Shown in pieces: positions 1-11,281 of a stretch of 64,000 bases of DNA (positions are counted from its first letter, which is position 1; every line of letters starts with the position of its first letter). The translations under genes were made by a program, and so were the position numbers. The stretch covers positions 1 to 64,000 of the forward strand of contig JAUCBJ010004054.1 in assembly GCA_032718475.1 (NCBI GenBank). The letters are read 5' to 3'. The notes beneath the pieces were generated by a model. The model saw nothing but the letters and a program-made list of their open reading frames with translations, was not told the DNA's origin and did not search any database. Origin of the DNA: Nemertoderma westbladi. Taxonomy: Eukaryota > Animalia > Xenacoelomorpha.

Positions 1-180
1 TGTTGAATAAATGTTTTTGGTGTTGACAAATTTGTTTTGGTATTTGAATAATTTTATTTGGGGTGACTTTATTTTATTTGGTGTTGAATAATTTTTTTTT
101 GGGGTCACATTATTTAAATTGGTGTAATATAATTTTTTTGGTGAAATTTTCATCAATTTTGGGATGACTTTAATTGGTAG
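1..180. repeat. Degenerate ~20-bp AT-rich tandem repeats (TTTTTTGGTGTTGAATA-like)
   Basis: Recurrent ttttggtgt/ttttgggg motifs at ~20-bp spacing; probably a subterminal array of a DNA transposon. Confidence 0.4.
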
Positions 181-1100
181 CCTTTGTTTATGAAATTACC
201 TTTCTTATAAATCAAGAATAGCAAAAAAGGGTTAAGAAATGGCGGAGGAGACGTATTAAGGGGAAGAAAGCACACCACCGAACTAAAATTAAATTTTCGG
301 GGTCGCTGATTTCATTTCTGATGTCAGTTATAATATTGGGTTGAATCTGGTCTGTCCGTCGGTCGGTTGTCTTGCCTGTCTTACATTTAGACAGTCAGAT
401 TGCCACACCGATATTCCGCGATAACTCGAGAACTAAAAGCGAGGCAGAAATGCGCCATGGTTAATCCCTTTAATGGATCCCTTTAAATAATGCTAAAGAA
501 GCAAGAACATTAGGGAATTTATAAGCTTAACATTAAATTAAAACACAACGCGTTTCGAATATTTAATATATCCAGTCCATGGATAAGTTGTGATATATAT
601 CCACTCGTACTCTACTGTAACTATTATTATATTGTTACAGTAAAATTCACCCAACAGTTTTCCAAGCCCTATAATATAGCAGCTTATACTGAAAGGAACA
701 TTGACTCTAAATTTTATATATTTTTTATAGTCACTGGTAAACGAACTTAGGTGTAAATAGTAATGGAATTGGATTTTTATTGAATGCGATTATTTATGTG
801 TATTAATAATAGGCAGGCCTTAGGCAATTCTGTATACGTACATGTGCACAAATTACATAGATTAATTATTATTAATTAATTATCCGTTACATATATTAAT
901 TTTATTAATAATATTAATTTAAATAATTAATTATAATGTCTTTAATTGCTTTTGAATTGATTAATGTTTTCTTAACGGTGAAATTGTTTAAATTATATTA
1001 ACGATTTGCAGGAAATATATATTTATTTTTACAAATGTTTTATTTTATGACTTCCTAGCGATAGGTATGTAATATTCTATAGAGCAAACTAACGTCAATA

Positions 1101-1484
1101 GATCCCGGGCAAGAGCCCCCCGTACAATAGCCCCCAGGACACTGCCCTCCGTACAATAGCCCCCAGGACACTGCCCCCCGTACAATAGCCCTCAGGACAC
1201 TGCCTCCCCGTACAATAGCCCCCAGGACACTGCCCCCCGGACAATAGCCCTCAGGACACTGCCCCCCGTACAATAGCCCCCAGGACACTGCCCCCCGTAC
1301 AATAGCCCCCAGGACACTGCCTCCCCGTACAATAGCCTCCAGGACACAGCCCCCCGTACAATAGCCCCCAGGACACTGCCCCCCGGACAATAGCCCTCAG
1401 GACACTGCCCCCCGTACAATAGCCCCCAGGACACTGCCCCCCGTACAATAGCCCTCAGGACACAGCCCCGCGTACAATAGCCCC
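1101..1484 (+). repeat. GC-rich ~28-29 bp minisatellite (GCCCCCCGTACAATAGCCCCCAGGACACT)n, left block
   Basis: About 13 tandem units read directly, starting at GATCCCGGGCAAGAGCCCCCC. Confidence 0.95.
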
Positions 1485-3170
1485 AATAGTAACAGAAGTC
1501 GTCCACATGCTCAAGCATACCATCCTTTGAGCTTATGCTCATCCGATCAGAGACTTGCTGAGGACTTTCAAAGTTAACTGTCAGAATTTTGGTCTTTCTG
1601 GAGTTAATAAAAAGACCAACAATAGAAGCAGCATGTTCTAATGAGCTGAGGAGCCGTTGGGCTCCCTCTAGTGATTCTGAGAGTACTCCTAAGTCATCAG
1701 CAAAGTCTAGATCAGTTAGGTACTTGGCAGGGTTTCCTCGACTTCTGGAGCCAGTAGGTGGAGTTATCATCACCCCATCATCATTATAATGATCTAAGGA
1801 CATGCGTAGAACATAGTCAACCACAATAATGAACAAGAATGGTGCAAGTGTGTCTCCTTGGAGGACGCCCCATAACACTTCAAATGGTTCTGTGTCACCG
1901 TCAACAGTAGACACAAATGTTGTCGAACCATCGTATACTGATCTGATTGCTGCAATAATTTCATCAGGAATCCCATATAATGAAAGTATGCTGAACATTG
2001 GGAACTCTTCAATTATTCTTCTAAGTGCCAAAATGGGCTCCATGGTCCCACGACCTTTACGGAACCCATTCTGATTTCCACGGAGTAGTCTCTCAATGGG
2101 ATCCCTGATGCGATTTAATAGAATCCTATTGTATAGCTTTGCAGCAATCGAGATCAATGAGATTCCCCGAAAAGAACCATAGAGTGTTAGGTTGCCCTTC
2201 TTGGGAACTGGCACCAACTTATTTGTTTTCATTTCTTGTGGGACTCTTGTAGTTCGGTACATGTCTACTATGATGGGATATATGAGCTTTAAACACTCAG
2301 GTATTTTAAAGACCTCAGGGGGAACACCATCTACTCCACTGGCACGATTGGTCTTAATGCTCTTTGCAGCAGCCTTCACTTCTGCAAAGGAGATATCGCC
2401 AATGGGAATATCTGGGAGTACAGACTCAGACACTTTTACTTCTAAAAAGTTATCAGGCAATACCCTGTCATTATTGAGGAGCTTTTCAAAGTGGGCTTTC
2501 CAACCATTGAGGCGATCGGCTGGTGATTCAGCCTTAACCTTGGTGGTTGGTTGGCTTTTCCGCCCAGTAAGCAGATTGATCGATTTCCATGCCTGGGATG
2601 ATTGCCTGCTGTCGTCAGCATCATTGATGGCATCAACCTGTTGGTTTATTTGCTCCTGTAGATTAGCAGAGTACTGCCTGTTCAGGGACCTAGATGCAGC
2701 CTTAACTGCATTCTTGGCCGCTGTAGTCTGTTTGAGTCGGGACTCTTTCTGCGCCTTATGAATATCATTTTGGCACTTCTGAATTTTGTTGTCTGTCCAG
2801 TGGGCCCTTTTCCTGTTTCGAGGGTATACAGGAACTGTTTCTGCAGCTGCTAACTTAACTGCTTCTGTAAAGGCAGTATAGCCCTCACAGTGATCTGCCG
2901 CCTCAGAGGCAAGAGCCTCATACCTGTTGCTCAGCTGTAGTGTGAAGCTGGATCTCACACTTGGCTGTTGCAACAGAGAGGACCAGTCATGCCGCGGCAA
3001 GGCAGATTTCGTTGTTCTGCTAGCACGCAGACTAAGTCTTACCTTGGCCACAATAAGGCGGTGATCACTGGAGAAGGGTCGAAGTGTAAATGCATTACAG
3101 TCTTGTATAGAGCTCCTGTATTTCCTACGAAACAGAATATGGTCTATCTGGGACTTGTGACCACTGGGTC
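1485..3170 (-). mobile_element. RTE-clade LINE fragment (end of APE endonuclease plus most of RT), open frame with an internal deletion
   Basis: QIDHIL and SDHR (APE end), LSNRYEAL, PKKGNL, FRGISL, QNGFRKGR, GVLQGDTLAPFLF, DLDFADD, ending at DDFCY. The DF.KAFD motif is missing between RRIIEE and FPMFSIL. Confidence 0.92.
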
Positions 3171-4135
3171 CAGGACACTGCCCCCCGTACAATAGCCCTC
3201 AGGACACTGCCCCCCCCCGTACAATAGCCCTCAGGACACTGCCCCCCGTACAATAGCCCCAGGACACTGCCCCCCGTACAATAGCCCCAGGACACTGCCC
3301 CCCGTACAATAGCCCCAGGACACTGCCCCCCGTACAATAGACCCAGGACACTGCCCCCGTACAATAGCCCTCAGGACACTGTCCCCCGTACAATAGCCCC
3401 AGGACACTGCCCCCCGTATAATGGCCCCCAGGACACTGCCCCCCGTACAATAACCCCCAGGACACTGCCCCCCGTACAATAGCCCCAGGACACTGCCCCC
3501 CGTACAAGAGCCATCAGGACACTGCCCCCCCCCGTACAATAGCCCTCAGGACACTGCCCCCCGTACAATAGCCCCAGGACACTGCCCCCCGTATAATGGC
3601 CCCCAGGACACTGCCCCCCGTACAATAACCCCCAGGACACTGCCCCCCGTACAATAGCCCCAGGACACTGCCCCCCGTACAAGAGCCATCAGGACACTGC
3701 CCCCCCCCCCGTACAATAGCCCTCAGGACACTGCCCCCCGTATAATGGCCCCCAGGACACTGCCCCCCGTACAATAGCCCCAGGACACTGCCCCCCGTAT
3801 AATGGCCCCCAGGACACTGCCCCCCGTACAATAGCCCCAGGACACTGCCCCCTGTACAATAGCCCCCAGGACACTGCCCCCCGTACAATAGCCCCCATGC
3901 CACTGCCCCCCGTACAATAGCCCCCATGACACTGCCCCCCGTACAATAGCCCCAGGACACTGCCCCCCGTACAATAACCCCCAGGCCAGGACACTGCCCC
4001 CGTACAATAGCCCCAGGACACTGCCCCCCGTACAATAGCCCCCAAGACACTGCCCCCCGGACAATAGCCCTCAGGACACTGCCCCCCGTACAAGAGCCCT
4101 CAGGACACTGCCTCCCCGTACAATAGCCCCAGGAC
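3170..4135 (+). repeat. Same ~28-29 bp minisatellite, right block, same orientation
   Basis: About 33 tandem units of CAGGACACTGCCCCCCGTACAATAGCCC. Confidence 0.95.
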
Positions 4136-4760
4136 GTAGTAACCCTAGTAACGTGTGTTTTTGGTGAAAACCTGGTATTCTTCACCTGGGGGTAACTGCA
4201 AAGTGAAATATAACGGCAGAAAGTCTGGTATTCTTCATGACCTTTAAATTATTGGTAGTGTATTTAATAATCTTATATCGGTGTTAAAGATAGTTCATTA
4301 TCTTAAATAATGTACTCTAATTTATTTTATAAGTATAGAGTTTAAAAGAACACAAGGCTCAAATTCGTTTAGAAATGATTATGACAGCAGATTATGACAT
4401 GATTATGATTTTGCTCTTTTTATTGTTGTTATTTAATTACCGTTAATAATGGTTTTCGGATTTGGTTGTCGGCTGTCGGCGTAACGTTTACACCCGATCC
4501 TATCGGACCTTGTTGATTCTCCCCTGTAGAAAGTTTAATTGTTGCCGACGGCGGCAAGATTACCGGCCATATACTGGTATTTGGTCCACGGATCCATTGC
4601 TCAATTCACCGGAACCGTTGCCATTTAAAGGAGCAGGTTAGTAAAGGAGCAGGTTACAGCGGCTTGTTATGCCAGGTATAATGCCAGATTACCCTCCACC
4701 TATAACAGAATAGTGCACTATTAACTTTGCTAATTTGTCCAGATATAGTTGATTATGGTT

Positions 4761-5495
4761 CTAGAATACTCCAGTGAATGTAACCACCACCAACACCATC
4801 CGAATCACGGGAGTAACAACAACCGAGCAGCTTCCTATCGACTGAGCTGTTGTTGTTTCGTCAATCTCGCCGGTAGTTGTTGTAGATGGTGTAGCTAGAT
4901 TCACCCTCCAGATCGGAGTAGGACAATCACCAGGGCAACAAGTGAACTGGCACGATTGGTACTTGGTGGTGGTGGTGGTCCCCTCTAGCATATAGTCTCT
5001 AAAAGAAAACCAAATACGCATCATTCTATCTTGTGCTGTTTTCGCATCCTCGTGGCTCTTCTGTTTGCTTTTAAACCCTTCTTCATACTGTCGCATAAAT
5101 GCTGGACATGTCTCTTCACCAAACTCCATGCAGTATTTCTCCCAGGGTACGGTCCCATTCCGTATGCAGAGTTCCAAGACAGCGTCTATCATGAACTCAT
5201 CCCCAGTTGCATCCTGAACAACGATGAATCGCTGGAAATAATTGGCACATTCAGAACAATTGTGTTCGATGTGTCTGACATCATGGCGTGTTGTTGTTAT
5301 TTGCATGTTTTCCAACGTTTTCTGATTGCTTTTACGTAGTTTAGCAAATTTGTCATTCAACTCCCGTTGTAGTCTCTCAGTAGTTGCATTGAGGGTTACA
5401 GATGTTTCGGTATAACAGGTGAATCCACAATAACAGACACTAATGTTTAGTATCATGTAAAGAGCATATAGTGATGTGCTCTGATGAAATCTCAT
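4761..5495 (-). CDS. Intronless 244-aa Cys-rich secreted, probably GPI-anchored protein (loosely LU/three-finger-like)
   Basis: ATG start, hydrophobic N-terminal signal, TCY motif after the signal, CCPGDC near the end, S/T stalk, hydrophobic C-terminus ending at the stop. Confidence 0.6.
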   Translation of the reverse strand: MRFHQSTSLYALYMILNISVCYCGFTCYTETSVTLNATTERLQRELNDKFAKLRKSNQKTLENMQITTTRHDVRHIEHNCSECANYFQRFIVVQDATGDEFMIDAVLELCIRNGTVPWEKYCMEFGEETCPAFMRQYEEGFKSKQKSHEDAKTAQDRMMRIWFSFRDYMLEGTTTTTKYQSCQFTCCPGDCPTPIWRVNLATPSTTTTGEIDETTTAQSIGSCSVVVTPVIRMVLVVVTFTGVF

Positions 5496-5938
5496 TGCTG
5501 CACATTGGTTATAGTTTCCTATAGTTGTGGTTATTAGGTTAATATCGCGATTACTTTACTTGACTTAATTAAAGTGCAGTTTCAGTTGGCAGTCTTATGG
5601 TGTTGTGTTCCCAGTATTATTGTAGTCTATATCTCTAATATATCTATAATCAGACTGCTGCATGGCAGTTGCACGTTGAGATGCTATGATGCAGGGTGCA
5701 TTAAGATATGGTGCATTAAGATATGGTGCATTAAGAATGCTATGCCGTCTTGCAGTATATTATTGTAGTAATCGAGTGGAATACAGGTACAAATATCAGA
5801 AACCTACAAAATCAACTTTCTTTAGTATATTTGACAATACTTAATGCTTTTCATGGTTATTTTCAGGGAAGACCCACGAAGTCTCGATTGATGATGGTGA
5901 TCGGCTCCAGGTGCAGTGCCGATGGACCCAGGTACTTA

Positions 5939-5952
5939 GCGCCCCCTACTGG
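5939..5952 (-). promoter_or_regulatory. Candidate CTCF-type motif CCAGTAGGGGGCGC
   Basis: Exact fit to the CCASYAGRKGGCRS consensus on the minus strand, in a GC-rich patch. Confidence 0.35.
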
Positions 5953-7347
5953 CGGACCCAGCAACATGGCGCCCCCAGATCTTACAGTCAGCCATACACT
6001 TTCCTAGTTCTCAACCCTGTTCTCAAGTCCGGTATCCCTGAGCAGGCGTTTGTGGAAAGTTACTGGCCGTCCACCACCTCTATTCTCAGCGGCAGACTGT
6101 CACGCTCAAGGTTGTGTACAGTACAGGATTAATTAGTGGACCATGTGTCGTCGTCATTTGAAATGTTTGTAACGCTAATAAGTCGGTCAATCTTTGATGA
6201 AATTGAACTAAATTTGGTATAAATAGTCTATAAAAACAGACCTTGGTAGTTCCTCTGTTGGCCGCTAGGAAGAGTGGTCAGGTTGATTCCTTTTACTGCT
6301 ACGCAAAGGCTCAGCTATAGACATATACTGTCACCTCAGCTGTAGACACACGTATATTACACGCCCCACATGTAACTACATCTACAGAACCAGATTATTA
6401 TGAGGGGCTGATTATTACACAGCAATCACTACCTACAGTTGCAACACGTAGGTGGGGACGTCGCGTAACACGGAGTCTAGCTGCGAGCCTTGGGTATCAG
6501 TAAAATTAGGGACCTGGTCACTACCGGGAGGTGTATTCCCAATCCTTACACTACTAGTAACACCCCTTGAATCGGCGCCTGGTATTGGTTAATGAGCTAT
6601 AATACCATAGTATAGGGCAGCCTAATAACGAAAAACGAAACATTGGGCAATAGTTATAGTATATTATATATTAAAAAAACACTGTTTGTAGGAAATGTAT
6701 CTTCTACAATTCTAAACGAAATAACGCGAAATTTTGCAGAAAGCATGTCCAATAGATTCTCCCTATGGGGTGTCAACAGAATTTTGATTGAGTGAATTCT
6801 ACGATTATGATCGGTCAGTCTAGAATTAATTTCACTGTTGCTAGGCAACCAGCAAGTCCCTCCAACCAAAACCTTGCATACACAACTAGGTCCGATAATG
6901 AACCTATCATCAAAGTTTCATCAAAGTTCATCAAGTATTAATCAACATTAAGTGTGCGACAATACTGATACAGACATTTTGTGCGACAATAACAATACTG
7001 ATGATAATTCTGATATTCTTAACCAACCAGCTAATATCCTTTAATAAACGTGCAAATACCATTACTAGGAAATTTATAGGTTGTTCTGTAGAACACGTTC
7101 GTGGGGACTTCGCGCAGCACGAGGCCTAGTTATTATATACAAATTAAAATGCAGTGACTGTATCACAAAATCAGGTTTTGAGAAATTTACCCACACCACC
7201 AATCAATCAAAGAAAGGTGGACAGTACGTGTTCACCCCTTTTAATCCCCCCCCCCCCCCCCCCCCACCCTTCCCAACCACCAATACATAACCGCGACATC
7301 TACCACCCACGGAAGGGTAGCACGAACTTATTTCCAATCGCACGTTA

Positions 7348-7638
7348 AATATGCAAAGCCAGGTGGTTTATAGGAATATAATAAACGCAGTACTCGTTTT
7401 CATTATAAGCCTCTTTGCGTTCGTCCTGTTTTGTATTTAAATATATTTCTTAAACGCAGGCTAGGACGATCTTTATAATAATAATAACTAGGGATGCGAT
7501 CAATATGTGAAGCCAGGTGGTTTATATAATAATTTAGTCAACGCAGTACTCGTCTTCATTATATGCCTCGTTGCGCTCGTCGCTTGTCCTGTTTTGTCAT
7601 AAAATATTTTTCCTAAACGCAGACTGACGATCTTTATA
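7348..7638 (+). repeat. Diverged tandem duplication (~130 bp x2)
   Basis: AGCCAGGTGGTTTATA...ACGCAGTACTCGT...TAAACGCAG...ACGATCTTTATA at 7348-7477 and 7502-7638. Confidence 0.8.
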
Positions 7639-8566
7639 CAGTTATAACTATGCGAAGTTTCGAAACTGTGCGAGTAACTGTTGATACATCTATGTGGAGA
7701 TGTGTGATATGTGGAGATGTGTGATACAACGCCAACGCATCTTATGCCGATGTAGTAATATGGGTATTGAAATAATATTAAATCAATGTACACTCTTAAA
7801 GCTGCAGCGAAAAAATGTAGCTAATTTCCTAGGTTACATATAAAATAATAATATTATTTTTAAGAACATTAATTTTACTACTTTGCAAAAATTCAATTAA
7901 AAAATAACCAGACATATACATTGTGGAATAAACTATTTCAGAAGCCTACAACAGCCATGCCATGGATTGTATTTATGTTATTATATCTGTCATTTAACTG
8001 AGATAGCAATAGTAGTAATAGTCGAACGGTTATGCGGCCCGTCCAGCCTATAATAAACACAATTCAGTGATTGGGCTGGAATAGCAATACTATGGTTGCC
8101 TCTATTACAATTCCTCTCAGGTTAGTCTACAGCCACAACTCCCAGCAGCTAGCTCCACACCAGCAGAGACTTGACCAATAATGGGAAGGATTAAATTTGT
8201 ACTCAATAATTGTGCGGTTTAATTACGTTTAGATCAATTAAAGACACATTTATTAAAGCAAATCACTTAAACTAATTAAAAACTATAATAGAATGGCGTA
8301 TGGGGATTATATCTGTATAATTTTTAAGTATAATTATTTAAATCTTATACTGTAAAACAATTAATTTCCTTTAAAAGGCAGGTTGAAAATGGCGTTTTCA
8401 CCGCAATCAACTTAATTAACTAATTAACTGCTATTATCTTAGCTTCTCGAAGGCCACACGGAAATTCTACTTGGAAAATTTCTAAACTTTTGCCAAACAA
8501 CATGTGTACCAAGTTTGGATAGATTTCATCAAAGATTGGCCGAGTTATTAACGTTTAAAATTGAAC

Positions 8567-8621
8567 ACGACAGAACGACAGAACGACAGAACGACAGAAC
8601 GACAGAACGACAGAACGACAG
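8567..8621 (+). repeat. (ACGACAGA)n 8-bp microsatellite, possibly in a Helentron/DINE-like relic
   Basis: About 6.5 units read directly. Confidence 0.75.
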
Positions 8622-9997
8622 GTTGATTAATGGTACCACTACGCTAAGGCTCACTCACTTCGTGGCTCGCCCCACATATTACTGTAATGCTCTGTGGTTT
8701 AGGTTGAATTACTCTGTAGAGGTTTATAATAAGCTACGACTCGCATACAACACTGAGCTGCACGGCGCTTTATTGCGACTACCTGTCGGGTCTAGCGATT
8801 TAATACTATTTGGGGTTTTAGGATTACCGAATATTTAAACACCTTCGTGCTACTGACATTGACTGACTTATACTGTACGTGTGTCCATTCCAGTAACGTT
8901 ACAATTAGGGCAACCTGCAGCACTGTTATTAGATCAAGTGGAATATTACTGATAATATATCATTTATTTAGTTGCTATTTTAACTTGGAACCACCAACAT
9001 TTTACTAGTTCTACTACTATTAGCGCCGTTTATATGTTTATTTGATTGCTTTTATGGGCAGTGTTGCCAGAAATAAATAATAATAATAATACTTATATTA
9101 TATTATTATAAGTGCAAGAAGTTGTGTATTCAAACACACAAACAAACACACAAACAAACAAACACGTGTGAGAAATATTGGCATACAATTCCGGATCCTT
9201 CCAATATACGAATAACAGTATACATATTATTATAGTGGAATTAATATTGTATAAGGATTCGTTTTGCAGACCAATTTCTCTTGATTTTTAAGATTTTCCT
9301 TGAATGTCGTAATTCGTAATAATAAAGTAGTTTTATTGATAGTAATTAGTAATATTGAAATTTGAATTTCATTCAATCATTCATTTGAAATAAATTCCTA
9401 TCTCATTCATAATTCAGTGCATTTAACAATTCGTAAACAAAGCTCCCAATGAAATCAACTCTAAATGTCCTTCAGCATTTGGTCGATTTGTATTTATGTT
9501 TTTCGACAGGTTTCTTGAGCGTTTTTTTTTAGCGCGTCAAGCCTTATCAGTACAATGAGGTCGGCCAGCACGCATCCGTTTAAGGTGCGTTCACATAACG
9601 TATGTGTATGTCTAGGTCGGGTAGAAGCGATGCAAATTTCAATTAGTTGTTAGCCACATTATATCAAGACATACACACCCCCATACGTTACCGGAATGTG
9701 AACGAAACTTTACTTCCTATTGTAAGAGCTACTGTACTACTCGTCAACGCGCTAGTGTAGTTGTCATCACTGCACACGAATAGCAGACTGACTATTCCTA
9801 ATCAAACCTACACTACATGAACGCTGTGTATAAAGGCTTAGCATACACTGGCAACCCTGTATAATTTCTCCATTCCTCACAGCGTTTGGAACACTTTCTA
9901 TCTGCCAACTGAATATAAAATCCATACACTAGTTCGACCCCTCTCTCCATCCCTTACATGATTTAAAGGTCCAATCATATAATAGTATCATCATATA

Positions 9998-11122
9998 GGA
10001 TCTAGGACACTTCCCCCCCGGACACTTCCCCCCCGCCCCCCCGGACACTTCCCCCCGCCCAAGTAGGACACTTCCCCCCCGGACACTTCCCCCCCCCCGG
10101 ACACTTCCCCCCCGGACACTTCCCCCCCAGTTAAAGTGTTAAAATTAATCTGGGTGCATCAAAGCAATAAACAAAAGTTAAAGATGGTTACAGGACAAGT
10201 TGTATCTATAGACAAGTTTTTTCAAAATTATAAAAGAAACGTTTTGTTTGTTTTTCTTTTAATTCATTAATTCTTTTAATTTCTTTTAATTGGGGGCTGC
10301 CGCCCCCAAACCCCCGCTTCTTTTCTTGGGGGTTATCGCCCCCAGACCCCGGCATTTCCCTGAGTGCCCGTGGTGAAATTTGAAATATTTAATTCATGTT
10401 TGTATCATCAGATAATAAATTGACTAAGCCTAAAGTAGGAGCTGTATTGAATGTGAACCAATTTAATATATAAATTACTACAATATTATATAATTCAACA
10501 AAATCCTATTAAAAATATTGCAAGTAACCAGGAAATTTAATATGTGTGTATAATATCTATATAGTATGTATAGTAGTAATATGTATATCAATATGTAATG
10601 CTGAACACAGAATACAGGTCGACGCATGTCGATTTTACCCCGGAGAGGTATAATTTTGATTGCAACAATAATATTCATCCCCATCTGCTACAATTTGAAG
10701 AAGACTATTACATAATAATACCTATAATTAAAACAATTAATTATTATAATTCTATAGTTAATAAAAACAGTATATCATTCCGGGGTTGGAATTTATAGGT
10801 CATCTAATATAATTAATTGTTTAAAGATTAGTAAACAATACGATGTAATTGCATTGATAAAACCCATAAATAAAACTTGGATATAAAATGTAAAATCGGG
10901 ATGCAAAAGATCACTTTCTGAGCTACGAAAGGAAAATTGGATACAACATATCTGGATACAAGCGGTCCGTTTACCTTACAAAATGAAAAATACGAATGTG
11001 AGAAGTTAAGAATAGTCGGGGGGGAAGTGTCTGGGGGGAAGTGTCCGGGGGGGAAGTGTCCTACTTGAGCGGGGGGGAACTGTCCGGGGGGGAAGTGTCC
11101 GGGGGGGAAGTGTCCGAACACC
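9998..11122. mobile_element. Non-autonomous foldback DNA transposon with TIRs built from (GGACACTTCCCCCCC)n
   Basis: Left end GGATCTAGGACACTT, right end AAGTGTCCGAACACC; inverted arrays at ~10006-10128 and ~11019-11115; flanked by direct ATCATATA (9990-9997, 11123-11130). Confidence 0.85.
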
Positions 11123-11281
11123 ATCATATAATATCATCACATAGTATCATCGTATAATCATATAATATTTAACCAATCCCGAGCAGCCCGAGCGAATTAA
11201 TGAGGTGCAGTTCTTAAAGGTTTAAGGATTGGGAATACGCCCCCCGGAAACTTTCAATAAGACGTTATAATACAAAATATA

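Noticed and set aside
3125-4185. Gly/Cys-rich ORFs (YGGQCPGG...)
   Set aside because: They are translations of the minisatellite, open in several frames, with no sign of a real gene.
6650-7130. Non-autonomous Helitron ending GGCCTAG
   Set aside because: A CTAG end is present, but there is no convincing hairpin or 5' TC boundary.
9059-9859. CAGTGTTGCCA...TGGCAACCCTG as hAT-like TIRs
   Set aside because: Only a 10/11 match, and the flanks (TTTATGGG, TATAATTT) give no TSD.
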